In this document: positions 34,142 through 44,429 of the stretch, piece by piece
Numbering within the stretch: position 1 is the first letter of the stretch
How the letters are laid out: each line of letters begins with the position of its first letter
From: Thecamonas trahens ATCC 50062
Lineage: Eukaryota; Protista; Apusomonadida
Reading direction: 5' to 3'
NCBI RefSeq assembly: GCF_000142905.1
Contig: NW_013657622.1
Span: 62,001-126,000 of the forward strand
DNA length: 64,000 nucleotides
Program-made: the position numbers and the translations under genes
Notes under the pieces: generated by a model
What the model was told of the DNA's origin: nothing
What the model saw: only the letters and a program-made list of their open reading frames with translations
Databases searched by the model: none

Positions 34142-34506
34142 GGGGGGGGGGGGGAGGGGGGGGGAGGGGGAGAGGTGGAGTGGTGGCGACTGGTCGTGGC
34201 CTGGGCTGGCGGGCAGATGGTGATGTGGGGGGAGGGGGGGGAAGGGGGAGGGGGGGGGGGGGGAAGTGGGGGGATCGGTGGTGGAGGATGGATGGTGTGG
34301 ATGGAATGGGATGGGTGGGGGAAGGGTTGGTGCCGTGCGGTGGGCTCCATGGCACGGTGGACGAGCAGGTCGCACACAGCGCGTCAGTCGTCGGTCGTCG
34401 GTCAGGCAGATTCGGCAGGTTCGAGTCGGTTGGTTGCCTGGCAACGAAGCCACCGCCACAGCCACAAACACGCGCCTCTACACACGCCACTCTACACACA
34501 CACGCC

Positions 34507-34911
34507 ATGGTACGGACGCGCCCTCCACCTCCACACCACACCCCACACACACACGCACACACAAACTCACTCACTCATGGTGTGTTTGCGCATGCATGCG
34601 GTGGTCAGTCGCGCGGCGAGCAGGTCACCGAGTCGCAGCTGTCGGAGCTGTGCGAGCAGGTGGAGAACCACCGGGAGGACAAGGACCGGCTGCGGATTCT
34701 CAAGAACGTGCTGCGGACGGAGGAGTTCTTCTTCACCGTCGCCCAGATCGCCACCATTGTCCCGCTTCTCAAGTTTGGTGATCCCAAGGTGGAGGCCGCC
34801 ATCGCCCTCCACTCGCGGCTGCTGGATCCGTCGGAGGACTACGGCCCCGTCCTCGATCTGTTCAAGTTCAAGGAAGACAAGGACACCATCAACGCCGCCA
34901 TCTCCTCCTAG
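34507..34911 (+). CDS. small DUF4476-like helical protein; exon1 ATG 34507-34509, intron 34510-34608
   Basis: 'DKDRLRILKNV..FTVAQIATIVPLLKFGDPKVEAAIALHSRLLDP..VLDLFKFKEDK'; ATG|GTACGG...GGTCAG. Confidence 0.65.
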   Translation: MVRTRPPPPHHTPHTHAHTNSLTHGVFAHACGGQSRGEQVTESQLSELCEQVENHREDKDRLRILKNVLRTEEFFFTVAQIATIVPLLKFGDPKVEAAIALHSRLLDPSEDYGPVLDLFKFKEDKDTINAAISS

Positions 34912-34960
34912 TGTCCTGCTCTTCCTTCATAAACCCGCACAAGCATGCACACATGCCTTT

Positions 34961-37623
34961 TCACAGCAGGTGCGAGATGTCGTCATCGCCGGCTCGCCGC
35001 CGCCATGACGGCCCGCCGCCGTAGCCTGCTGTGCTACCGCCGCCAGCGTACCCGCCGCCGTATCCCCCTCCGTATCCGCCGTATCCATACCCGCCGCCGT
35101 ACGACGTGCCTCCCTGCGAATAGCGATATTCGGGACGAGGTGATGGCGAGGGCGCAGATGCCGTGCTGCCCGAGCGCAGCGCCTTCTCGAGTGCGGCCTT
35201 CTCGATGTCGAGCTGCGAGATGGTGGCGTCGCGCGCGTCCAGCTGACGTTGGGCAGTGTCGAGCTGGGCAGCGAGGCGTGAGGCCCGGGCTGCATCGCGC
35301 TGTGCAGCCGCAAGCTGCGCAGTCAGCTGCTCGTTGTGGATCTGTAGGCTCTCGATGCGCGACGTGAGGGCTGCGTTCGATGACCGCTCCACAGAGAGTT
35401 GGACGTGGAGCTCGTTTGCCTCGGTGGCAAAGACAGAGCGCAGCCGCCCGAGCTCGTCTTCTAGCGCCGAGAGCGTTCGATGCGAGGTGGCGAGCGAGGC
35501 GTGAGTCGCTGCCGCACCCTCATGCCGCGCAGCCTCGGCCTCGCGCCGCGCCGCGTCGCGGTCGTCCAACGCCGCGTGCAGCTGCGCTCGGAGCGCGTGG
35601 ATGGTTGACGAGTCCGGACCGAGTCGCACAACTGTCTCGTACTTGTCGCGAAGGCCCGCAAGCTCGGCATCAAGGTTTTTTGCCCGCGCTTCAGCTTCGC
35701 GCGCCTGTGCCTCGGCCCGCTGCAGCGCACCAGCGAGCGCCTCGCGCTCGAGCGTCGCCTCCTTGGCCCGCACCCGCTCCTGCATAAGCCGATCTTCCCA
35801 CACCGCAGCCGGAATCGCCGATCCGCGCGCCTCAATCTCAAGCTGCAGCCGCATGTATCGGCCCTTGACCTCGTGGAGCTCAGTCTGGAGCGCCACTGCG
35901 CTTCGTACCTGCTCATCACTCTCCGCGAGCGCTCGTTTGAGCGCCGCTCGCTCCTCGGTGCGCTCGATGAGCTCGTTACGCAGCCGCGCGGCCTCGGCTT
36001 CGAGCTCGAGCACCCGCGTGGAGGTCACAGATGACATCCGCGCATCAATAGCCTCCACCGCTGCGGCTTGTACGCTTGTCGCTGTTGCCTCGAGTGTCTC
36101 CGCTGTTGCGCGCGTGTCGGCAGCCTGTTGCTTAAGCGTGCTCACCTGGGCCTCGAGCGCATCAACTTGGGCCCGCTTCGTCTCCAGCTCGGCTTTGGAC
36201 CGCTCAGCGTCGGCGAGAGCTGCATCGAGCGAGGTATGCAGCCGCTGCACATAGTCGGTCTGCTGCTTGATCTGCCGTTTGAGGTCGCGGACTTCGTCGG
36301 CGAGTGGTTTGCCTTTGAGCTGCGACTTGAGCGCCGCCGATGTGACGCCGGCCGAGGACAGCGCGTCAAGCACAAGGTTTGGCGAGCCAGGCGTCCCAAC
36401 TCGGCTGCTACCGGCCGACGATTCGCCGCCGGCCGCCAGCTCGGCCACTCGCAGCGGTGTCCCCGGCGCGCTGCCGGCCGACGGCGGCGGCACAAACGAC
36501 GAGAGGCAAGTCGCATCCGCCTCCCGGCTGACGTCAAGCGGTGGGAGGGTGGCAAGCACTGCATCAGCTGCACCAAGCGCATCCGCTGCCGCTGTTCGCT
36601 CTGCAGCATCGGCACGGGCATCGGCGTCCTGCAGCTCGCGGCCAAGCGCTAGGGCCCGGGCGTTGGCCACCTCGAGATCAGCCATGGCCAACGCAAGCGC
36701 TGACGAAAGATCGCTGTTGGCAGCCTCAAGCTCGGCGATACGTCCGTTGGCCGCGTCGAGGGCCGCGACCATATCGTCCTCGGGCGCCGAGGACGGTAGG
36801 CCGGCGGCAGCTGGATCGTTCTCCTCGGTGACGACGACGCCTGACGCCGAGCCGTCGACCAGCGACACGTCTTCACGGGCCTGTGACACGCGAGCGACCT
36901 TGTTCTGCAGGCGACTGATGGTGGCCTTGGCATCGGCGGCCTCGCGCGCCGCCACCTCTGCTGCCAGCACCGCCTTGGCCACCTCGTCCTCCAACGCCCG
37001 CTTCTCAGCCTCAGCAGCGCCGAGCTTCTCGCCGGCGACGGTCTTAAAGGCGGCCGCCTCTGTCGCCGCCGCCTCCGCCGCCGCCAGCTGCTTCTCCAGC
37101 TCGGCGATAGTCCGCCCGGCCTCCTCGCCTGCCGCCGCAGCCTCGGCCAGCGACGCCGCCTCGGCCAGGGCCACCGCCANNNNNNNNNNNNNNNNNNNNN
37201 NNNNNNNNNNNNNNNNNNNNNNNNNNNNNNNNNNNNNNNNNNNNNNNNNNNNNNNNNNNNNNNNNNNNNNNNNNNNNNNGGTGGGCCAGAATCGGCCTCG
37301 GCCTCGCCCGCCGCCGCCTTGAGCGCAGCTACCTCGTCGCGCAACTCGGCGTTCTCCTGCGCCGCAGACCGCCGCGGCTTGCGAGCCCCGTCCCCGCCCC
37401 CGCCCCCCCGTCGAACATGTTCCGGAACCGTGCCACCGACATGCTGCCCGGAGTGCCGGTGCGAGCGGTGGCCGTGCGGTGGCGCCAAACCGGCGAGCCG
37501 ACAGGAAAAGGTCGTGAAAGGCAGGCGATCGATCAGGTGTTGGCGGCAGGAGGGGAGGGGCGAGACCGTGGGCGGAGGGGGGAGGGTGGGGGTGGACGTG
37601 GCAGGAGGGGGGGGGGGGACATG
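34961..37623 (-). CDS. long coiled-coil protein with Gly/Tyr-rich C-terminal tail; 5' part uncertain (gap 37180-37279, frameshifts)
   Basis: heptad-rich A/E/L/R ORF; tail 'YGGGYGYGGYGGGYGGG...DDDISHLL'. Confidence 0.7.
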
Positions 37624-37831
37624 GAGTGGTTTGGAGGAGGCGATGGATGCATGAGGCGGGCGTGTTGCTCGGTAAGGAGCGAGGGAGCGGGGGCACGGGT
37701 GGGCAGGGGCGGGGCTGTCTGACTGATCGCCTGCGTCGTTTGCCATGATCAGCAAAACGCCGTCAGACGGGCGAAGCTCTGCCGACACTGCACACATAGC
37801 GCGACACATCACACACGGTGGGGAGGACGGG

Positions 37832-39037
37832 ATGGGCAACGCATGCTGCGGACAGGACGGGCGGAGCAGCAGGGCATACGAGGCCAGTGGAGGCGGGGGA
37901 GCAGGGGTCGGCGGCGGCGGCGGGCGGCGGCGGTGGCCGGCAGTGGTGGCCGAGCCGACCGCGGTGGCGGCGGCAGGCGGGGCATGGGCCATGGTGGGGT
38001 GCGACGACGGCGGGTGCGCGGCGGTGTGCTGGGAGGATGCTGGAGGAGCTAAGGAGTCGGGCGGGCGGGTGGCGCCGTATGCTGTGCTGGACGGGCGGGT
38101 GGCGGCGGTGGCGGCCGACGACGCGCTGGTGGCGGCGGTGGCGCGCGGCGGGCACCTGGTGGTGGACGGGCGCGAGCCGGGCGGGGCGTGGACGTCGGGT
38201 GGACGGCGGATTGAGGCGCGCGGCGTCCACACGCGGACGGTGGCGGCGGTGGCGGTGGCTGGGCGGGAGGGGCGGGTGGCGACGGGCGGGCGCGACACAG
38301 CGGTCAAGGTGTGGGACGTAGGCGGCGGGGCGGGGGCGGTCGAGGTTTGGGCCTTTGCTCGGGCGCGCAATCTGGTCACGGCGCTCGGCTTTGTGGGAAG
38401 CACCACGCTTGTGCAGGCTGCCGAGGATCTGCGGGTGAATGTGTGGGATGTGCGGGCGCCGGCGACGTCACCGGCGCAAGTCTGGAGCGGCCTGGTCAAC
38501 ATTCCCAAGGCACTGGCGGTCCGCGGCGAGGCGCTGGAGAGCGCGCTGATTGCAACGGGCCACAACGGGTTTGACGGCTCCGGCTGTGAGATCAACGTGC
38601 TTGATCCACGGATGGCCGGTCGAATCGCGGCGCAGCTGGTGGGCCACCGGCAGGCGGTGACGGGCGTGGCGTGGGCCTCTGCGTCAGAGCTGCTCTCGGC
38701 GTCGGCTGACGGCTCGCTGGCAGCGTGGGACTGGCGGCTGGGCAGGCAGACGGCGAGTGAGCGCGACGGCGCATCTGGCGCGCTGACCGGCCTCGGCTAC
38801 GATGCCAAGTCTGCGACAGCGTTCACGCTCGGCGCCCACAGCGCGTTGTACGCGTGGCGGTACCACGGGGCTGGGAGCGATGAGCGGTCGTCGGCGCTCG
38901 ACTCGGCCGGTGGCGGCGGCGGCTACGAGTATGAGTATGTGTACGAAGAGCAGGAAGTGAGCGAGCCGAACGATGGCGGCGGTGTAAGGCTGGAGCTGCT
39001 AGCGGCGTTTGTGGACGAGGGCGGCAGCATATCGTGA
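37832..39037 (+). CDS. WDR31: WD40 repeat protein 31-like with N-terminal MGxxCC acylation motif
   Basis: 'GGRDTAVKVWD', 'RNLVTAL..QAAEDLRVNVWDVR', 'NGFDGSGCEINVLDPR' match WDR31 signatures as I recall them. Confidence 0.75.
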   Translation: MGNACCGQDGRSSRAYEASGGGGAGVGGGGGRRRWPAVVAEPTAVAAAGGAWAMVGCDDGGCAAVCWEDAGGAKESGGRVAPYAVLDGRVAAVAADDALVAAVARGGHLVVDGREPGGAWTSGGRRIEARGVHTRTVAAVAVAGREGRVATGGRDTAVKVWDVGGGAGAVEVWAFARARNLVTALGFVGSTTLVQAAEDLRVNVWDVRAPATSPAQVWSGLVNIPKALAVRGEALESALIATGHNGFDGSGCEINVLDPRMAGRIAAQLVGHRQAVTGVAWASASELLSASADGSLAAWDWRLGRQTASERDGASGALTGLGYDAKSATAFTLGAHSALYAWRYHGAGSDERSSALDSAGGGGGYEYEYVYEEQEVSEPNDGGGVRLELLAAFVDEGGSIS

Positions 39038-39047
39038 GTGGAGGCTC

Positions 39048-40159
39048 TCAGCTCGGCGGCGCGGATGTGAGGGCGAGGAGGAGTGACTGCATGCGTGCGG
39101 GCCGGAGCCGCGCGGGCGGGCGGAGAGGGCTAGCTCTGCTACGGCTGACCACGAGTCTGCGCTGTTTGACGAAGGGGCTTGTGCGAGGGCAAGGGCGGCT
39201 TCTGCATCGGCGTTGGCGGTGTGCGCAGCGTCGATGCGGGCTTGGCGCTCAGCGGTAAAGGCAGCCAGCTGGTCGGCGGCGTCGGCCTTTTGTGCTGCGG
39301 TGGCCTCTGCAGCCGACGCCTCGAGGTTGGCAATAAAGGCGCGGGCGCGGGCAGCAGCTGTGGCAACTGGAGAGCCGTCGTCGCCCTGTGCCGAGTCAGG
39401 AGCGGCGGCGACGGCAGCAGTAAAAGGCGATGCAGAAGGAGGATCAGCAGCAGGCTGTGATGCCGGTTGGTGCGCAGGCTGCAGGGCGGGCTCCTGAGCG
39501 GAGTCCTGGGCGGGCGCCGGCAGCGGGACGACAGTGGCGGAGTCGGGCGAGTAGACAAAGGCGGAGTTGTCGAGCAGAGCGATGGGAGTGTCCGGCGGAG
39601 GAGCGTCCGGGCCCGGGAGGGCAAAGGCAGCGGGGGCCCATGCCGGGTCAGCGTCGGGCGTGTCGAGGATGGTGTAGTGCGGCTGGTCGAGCGAGTCGTC
39701 CTCGCGGGAGAAGTCGTACATGGCGGTCCAGCGGTTGACGGCCGGGTCGAGGCCTGCGGCGGCAAAGTGTGCGGAGAGGCCCGGGTAGGCGGCGTTGTAG
39801 TGGTGGAAGACCATGGCTGTGGAGGCCTCGATGATGGGATCCGAGGCGGCGAAGAGGAAGATGTCGCAGTCGCGGCAGTCGCGGGTGCGGAGCTGGCCGG
39901 CGGCGACGATGACGGTGCAGTTTGTGCAATCGCGGAGGAAGAAGGAGCCCTCGACGGGGCCAAAGACGAGGGTGCAGTCGGAGCATGCGTCGGCGGTGAC
40001 GACCGCCGAGTGGTCGAGCACGTACACCGTGCATCCGCTCAGGTCGGCCACCATGAACTGCTGGCCGGCCACCGCCCCGGGCGCCTTGACCAGCACCTCG
40101 TTGGTCCGCTTCTTGAACATGAAGTCGGCCTTGTTGAGCTTGCGCTTGCCCGTGCTCAT
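39048..40159 (-). CDS. RP2/TBCC beta-helix GAP domain fused to a clathrin light chain-like C-terminus; frameshift near 39100
   Basis: 'DFMF..PGAVAGQQF..LDHSAVVTADAC..FGPVEGSFFLRDC..QLRTRDC..PIIEAS' is RP2-like; the C-terminus continues in a shifted frame as ARMQSLLLALTSAPPS* (stop 39048-39050). Confidence 0.8.
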
Positions 40160-40372
40160 CCCGTCTGTCTCCGTCTGCCCCCTTTGGCTCGGCGTTGGGT
40201 GGTCCGTCCCCCCGCCCCCCCCCCCCCCCGCCCCCCCTTACCCTTCGCCCAGCCCGTGGCTGTGTCGCCTGTGTCAGGCCAAACGGCCCCACCCCCTCCT
40301 CCCCCCGGATGAGGTGGCAGCCCGTAGCCCGCACCGCACCACACCTCTCCACCACCTCCACTCTCTCTGCCT

Positions 40373-42703
40373 ATGTCTGTCCGCTTTGCTCCACCAGGCG
40401 TGGACGAGCACAGGTCGTGGTCCGGGTCCGGGTCCGGGTCCGGGTCGGGGTCTGGGTCCGGGTCTGGGTCCGGCGACGAGGGCGACGGTGGCGGGTCTGC
40501 GGACAAGGTGCTGGTGGCGGTGAGCTCGAACGTGTCACTGGTGTCGGGTGGGTCGGCGGCGCATCTGGCGACACCGTCGCGGCGATCGGTCTTTGCCAAC
40601 GTCCGGAAGCAGGGTGCCGAGTATCATGCGGCACCGGCGGTGGCGCGGCGGCTGGCTTCGATCACGGGCTCGCTGGCCTCGGTGGCGGCGGTGGCGCCGA
40701 GCCAGTCGGATGGGCTGGCGGTGGATGTGCTGGCTGTGGGGACGGCGGCTGGCGCCCCGCTTCCGGGATCGGTGGTCGGCCCGGCGAGCGTCGCTGTTGC
40801 TCACGCTTTGCGCATTGCCCGCGTCTCCGAGGTTCTAGATCTGGGCGGTCTCTCACTCGGCGCTGTTCCGCGGCAGGCAGCCACACTCGACTATCTGCGC
40901 GAGCTGGACCTCTCGACCAACGGCTTGCACGAGCTCGATCCTGCGCTGAGCAGACTCGCGCTCCTTGTCTCGCTCAACGTTGAGGACAACGAGCTGACCG
41001 AGCTCCCTCCTTGGCTCGCCGAGCTCCCGGAGCTCACCACGCTCATTGCGTCGCACAACAAGCTGACGGATGTCGACGCGGTTGTTGCGGCTACCTCGCT
41101 TGAGTTGCTCTTCCTCTCGGGTAACATGCTCGAGGACCTGCCGTACAATATTGACAAACTTGTCCGTCTCCGCGAGCTGGTGGTCGACAGCCAGGCCCGA
41201 CCGGTCGACGACTGCACCGAGGCCGATGGCTCGTTGTCGCCGCCGTTGTCGCGGGCCTCATTTGTGGGCGCTGTGCGGAGCACCGACTCGATGCGCTTGC
41301 CGGACAGCGGCGGGAGTAGCGGTGACGTGCCGCGGTTCACGCTCTCGCGCGGGCTCTCGGCCCTTCTCCGCATCGACGACGATGATCTCGAGGAGGGCGA
41401 GGGCGGCGGGCGGCGGATGGTGACTACGCTGCGCGAAGTTGCAGCGCGGGCCAAGACGTTGACTCAGTTCAAAGACGAGTCCGAGTTTGACCGCCTTGCC
41501 TGGGCTCCGACGCTCACCTTTGTCCCGCGGGCGGTGCTCGGGCTCACCTCGCTCGAGGTCCTCCTCATCCACAACAACGGCATCCGCAAGGTCCCCGAGG
41601 GCCTCCCGCTCCTTCCGGCACTACGGACGCTCCGCATCGATGGCAACCCACTGACTGCCATCCCGCCCGCGCTCCTCCACCCGCGGTGGCACTCGCCGCT
41701 TGCCGCCACCGCCATGCTCCATCTCTCACACATCGGCCTGCAGCGGCTGCCTGACGCGTTTGGCGCGCTCACTCGGCTCACGCACCTGTACCTCAACGAC
41801 AACGCGCTCAATGCGCTTCCGGCCTCGCTCCGCACCCTCGCGTCGCTCACTGTTCTCGACGTGGCCAACAACGCACTGGCGATGTTTCCGGAGGAGATCC
41901 TCCCGCTTGCTGCGACGCTGACGGCACTCGATCTCTCGGGCAACCCGTTGAGCACCGGGCATAGAGCGCAGGTCGAGCGGCGGGTGCTGCCAGCCGAGCC
42001 GCGCGACCTGCCGCCCACGCCCAAGTCGCCCGGCACGCCGGCTAGCCGGGCGTCGTGCGCGTCGTACCAGTCGTCGCGCGATTCAGATGACGAGCCGCCG
42101 ACGCCATCGTCGCCGTTTCTTCCGCACTCACCGTCGACGCCTGCCCGCCCGCCGCCGACCGAGGCTGTTGCCATTGTGCCGCAGTTCCGCACAGGCCTGG
42201 TCAAGGTCCGGCTGTCGTCGTTTTCGCCTCAGGCGGCGCTCCTCACCAAGGCGCGGCGGCTACGGGCGCAGTCGGTGCTCAAAAAGGCGCAGCCGGCCAA
42301 GACCTTTTCGCTCCGCATCGGGGAGCTCAGCGTGCTGCGAAGCCTCTCGCTCTCACAGTGCGGGCTTGACGCCGTCCCCCACGGCATCTTCCGGCTTGTG
42401 AGTCTCGAGTACCTCGACCTCTCGCACAACGACTTTCGCGATGTGCCACCAATGCTGGTCTGCCTCCAGCGGCTGATCTGCCTCGATCTTTCATTCTGCC
42501 CCGTGCTCCGGACGCTCCCGCAGCAGCTTGCCCATATCGCCTCGCTCCGGCGGCTGCGACTTGATGGGACGCACAGCGTCGAATCGCCGCCCAACCACAT
42601 CGTGGTCCAGGGCGGCAAAGCCGTGCTCCAGCACATGCGGCAGCGCGAGGCACGTCGTTCCGGCGGCACGCGAGGGTTTGGGGCGAGCACAGACATTAGA
42701 TAA
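40373..42703 (+). CDS. leucine-rich repeat protein (SHOC2/LRRK-type LRRs in three blocks)
   Basis: multiple LxxLxLxxNxL repeats; C-terminal cap 'ESPPNHIVVQGGKAVLQHMR'. Confidence 0.85.
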   Translation: MSVRFAPPGVDEHRSWSGSGSGSGSGSGSGSGSGDEGDGGGSADKVLVAVSSNVSLVSGGSAAHLATPSRRSVFANVRKQGAEYHAAPAVARRLASITGSLASVAAVAPSQSDGLAVDVLAVGTAAGAPLPGSVVGPASVAVAHALRIARVSEVLDLGGLSLGAVPRQAATLDYLRELDLSTNGLHELDPALSRLALLVSLNVEDNELTELPPWLAELPELTTLIASHNKLTDVDAVVAATSLELLFLSGNMLEDLPYNIDKLVRLRELVVDSQARPVDDCTEADGSLSPPLSRASFVGAVRSTDSMRLPDSGGSSGDVPRFTLSRGLSALLRIDDDDLEEGEGGGRRMVTTLREVAARAKTLTQFKDESEFDRLAWAPTLTFVPRAVLGLTSLEVLLIHNNGIRKVPEGLPLLPALRTLRIDGNPLTAIPPALLHPRWHSPLAATAMLHLSHIGLQRLPDAFGALTRLTHLYLNDNALNALPASLRTLASLTVLDVANNALAMFPEEILPLAATLTALDLSGNPLSTGHRAQVERRVLPAEPRDLPPTPKSPGTPASRASCASYQSSRDSDDEPPTPSSPFLPHSPSTPARPPPTEAVAIVPQFRTGLVKVRLSSFSPQAALLTKARRLRAQSVLKKAQPAKTFSLRIGELSVLRSLSLSQCGLDAVPHGIFRLVSLEYLDLSHNDFRDVPPMLVCLQRLICLDLSFCPVLRTLPQQLAHIASLRRLRLDGTHSVESPPNHIVVQGGKAVLQHMRQREARRSGGTRGFGASTDIR

Positions 42704-42715
42704 AACACAATGATA

Positions 42716-43116
42716 GTGATGGTGGAGGTGATGGTGGAGGTGATGGTGATGGTGATGGTGGTGGTGATGGTGATGATGGTGGTGATGGTGGTGGTGATGG
42801 TGATGGTGATGGTGATGATGGTGGTGATGGTGATGGTGATGGTGATGGTGATGGTGATGGTGGTGGTGATGGTGATGGTGATGGTGGTGGTGGTGATGGT
42901 GATGGTGATGGTGGTGGTGATGGTGATGGTGATGGTGATGGTGATGATGGTGGTGGTGGTGGTGGTGATGGTGATGGTGGTGGTGATGGTGATGGTGATG
43001 GTGATGGTGATGATGGTGGTGGTGGTGGTGATGGTGATGGTGATGGTGGTGGTGATGGTGATGGTGATGGTGATGGTGATGGTGATGATGGGGGTTATGG
43101 TGATGGTGAGTGGTGA
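42716..43116. repeat. (GGT/GAT)n compound trinucleotide microsatellite running into gap 43117-43216
   Basis: direct observation. Confidence 0.95.
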
Positions 43117-43216
43117 NNNNNNNNNNNNNNNNNNNNNNNNNNNNNNNNNNNNNNNNNNNNNNNNNNNNNNNNNNNNNNNNNNNNNNNNNNNNNNNNNNNN
43201 NNNNNNNNNNNNNNNN

Positions 43217-44144
43217 GCGCCGTGCGCGGGTTGGGGACAAGCCGGCGTACGCATACCTGGCGTCCAAGGGCGGCAAGCGGTACATGGAGGACGCGGTGGC
43301 GGTGGCGGCGCTCGGCGCCTCTGTCGGCCTGCCGGCGCTGGCGGCGGTGCCGGCCGATGCCGGCAGTGGCGGTGGTGGCGGGTATCTGCTGCTGGCTGTC
43401 GCCGACGGGCACTCGGCCGACCGCAAGGCCGGCGCAGACGCCGCCCGTATTGCTGCCCACGCTGTGCCCGGCGCCTTCCTTGCGGCGCTGGACGACGCCG
43501 CGGCCGCTGACTCCCGCGCCCTCGCCATCCCACCACGCCCGGTCCTCGAGGCTGTCTTTGCTGCCCTCGACGCCACCCTCTCCGCCCGGTCCTCGCGCAA
43601 GGTTTCGTTTGACTACGCCGGTGCCGCCGCCACACTCGCTGTCATCGCCCTCTCGCGCTCGGGCACACCCACTGCCATCCACGTCGCGAATGCTGGCGAC
43701 GCCACCGCTGTCGTGGTCGACGCCGACGGCTCTGCCACCGTCCTCACCCGCCCGCACACCATCGACGACGAGGACGAGGTTGCCCGCGTTGTTGCCGCGG
43801 GTGGTTTTGTCTCGGACGACGCCCGCTTCGGCAAGCGTGTCAATGGGCTCAAGGTCACTCGCTCGCTAGGCGACTTTGGCTCTGATGGCACCATCTCCAC
43901 TCCGCACGTCGCCTCAGCCCTCGTCACTCCCGCTTCCCACTGGCTCGTTGTCGCCTCGGACGGTCTCTGGGACGAGGTAACACCAGCAGAGCTGGGCCCG
44001 CTCATTGGCTCGGCTACCTCTCCCGCCGACGCTGTTTCCATCCTCCACGCTGCCGCGCGCGCCGCTGCTGACGCTCGCGACGGTGTTCTCGACAATATCT
44101 CAATTGCCGTCGTCGATGTGGCTCCCCCGCCCGGGCTGGAATAG
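43217..44144 (+). CDS. PP2C/PPM protein phosphatase (5' end in the gap)
   Basis: 'GGKRYMED', 'VADGH', 'VANAGDA', 'VTRSLGD', 'VASDGLWD', 'DNISIAVV'. Confidence 0.88.
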
Positions 44145-44360
44145 CATAGCTTATGGCTCGCCCCACACTTGCAACCACACAGGCCTATTTCATTGAATGT
44201 CGTCTTCCTTTGGCGTTAGGGCCGGCCTTGACGGCTGGTCTGGACCTGGCGGCCGTCGAGCGGTGCGGCTCTTGCCGCTGGGCTTCTTGCGATATCTCGT
44301 GGTAGCGCATAGCTAGAACAACGCAGAGCCTCACTACATCAAGAACACTTTGTGGAGATT

Positions 44361-44429
44361 TTGAAGCATTACCTCCAGGATGGTGTTTAATTGCGATGCG
44401 TGCGGTAGAGAGCAAAGGATGCGGTGGAC
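44361..44429 (+). repeat. left 69-bp direct repeat
   Basis: TTGAAGCATTACCTCCAGG...GGATGCGGTGGAC, identical to 48363-48431. Confidence 0.95.

Noticed and set aside
38999-39100. Real coding overlap between WDR31 and the RP2 ORF
   Set aside because: Disappears once the frameshift is corrected (stop at 39048)
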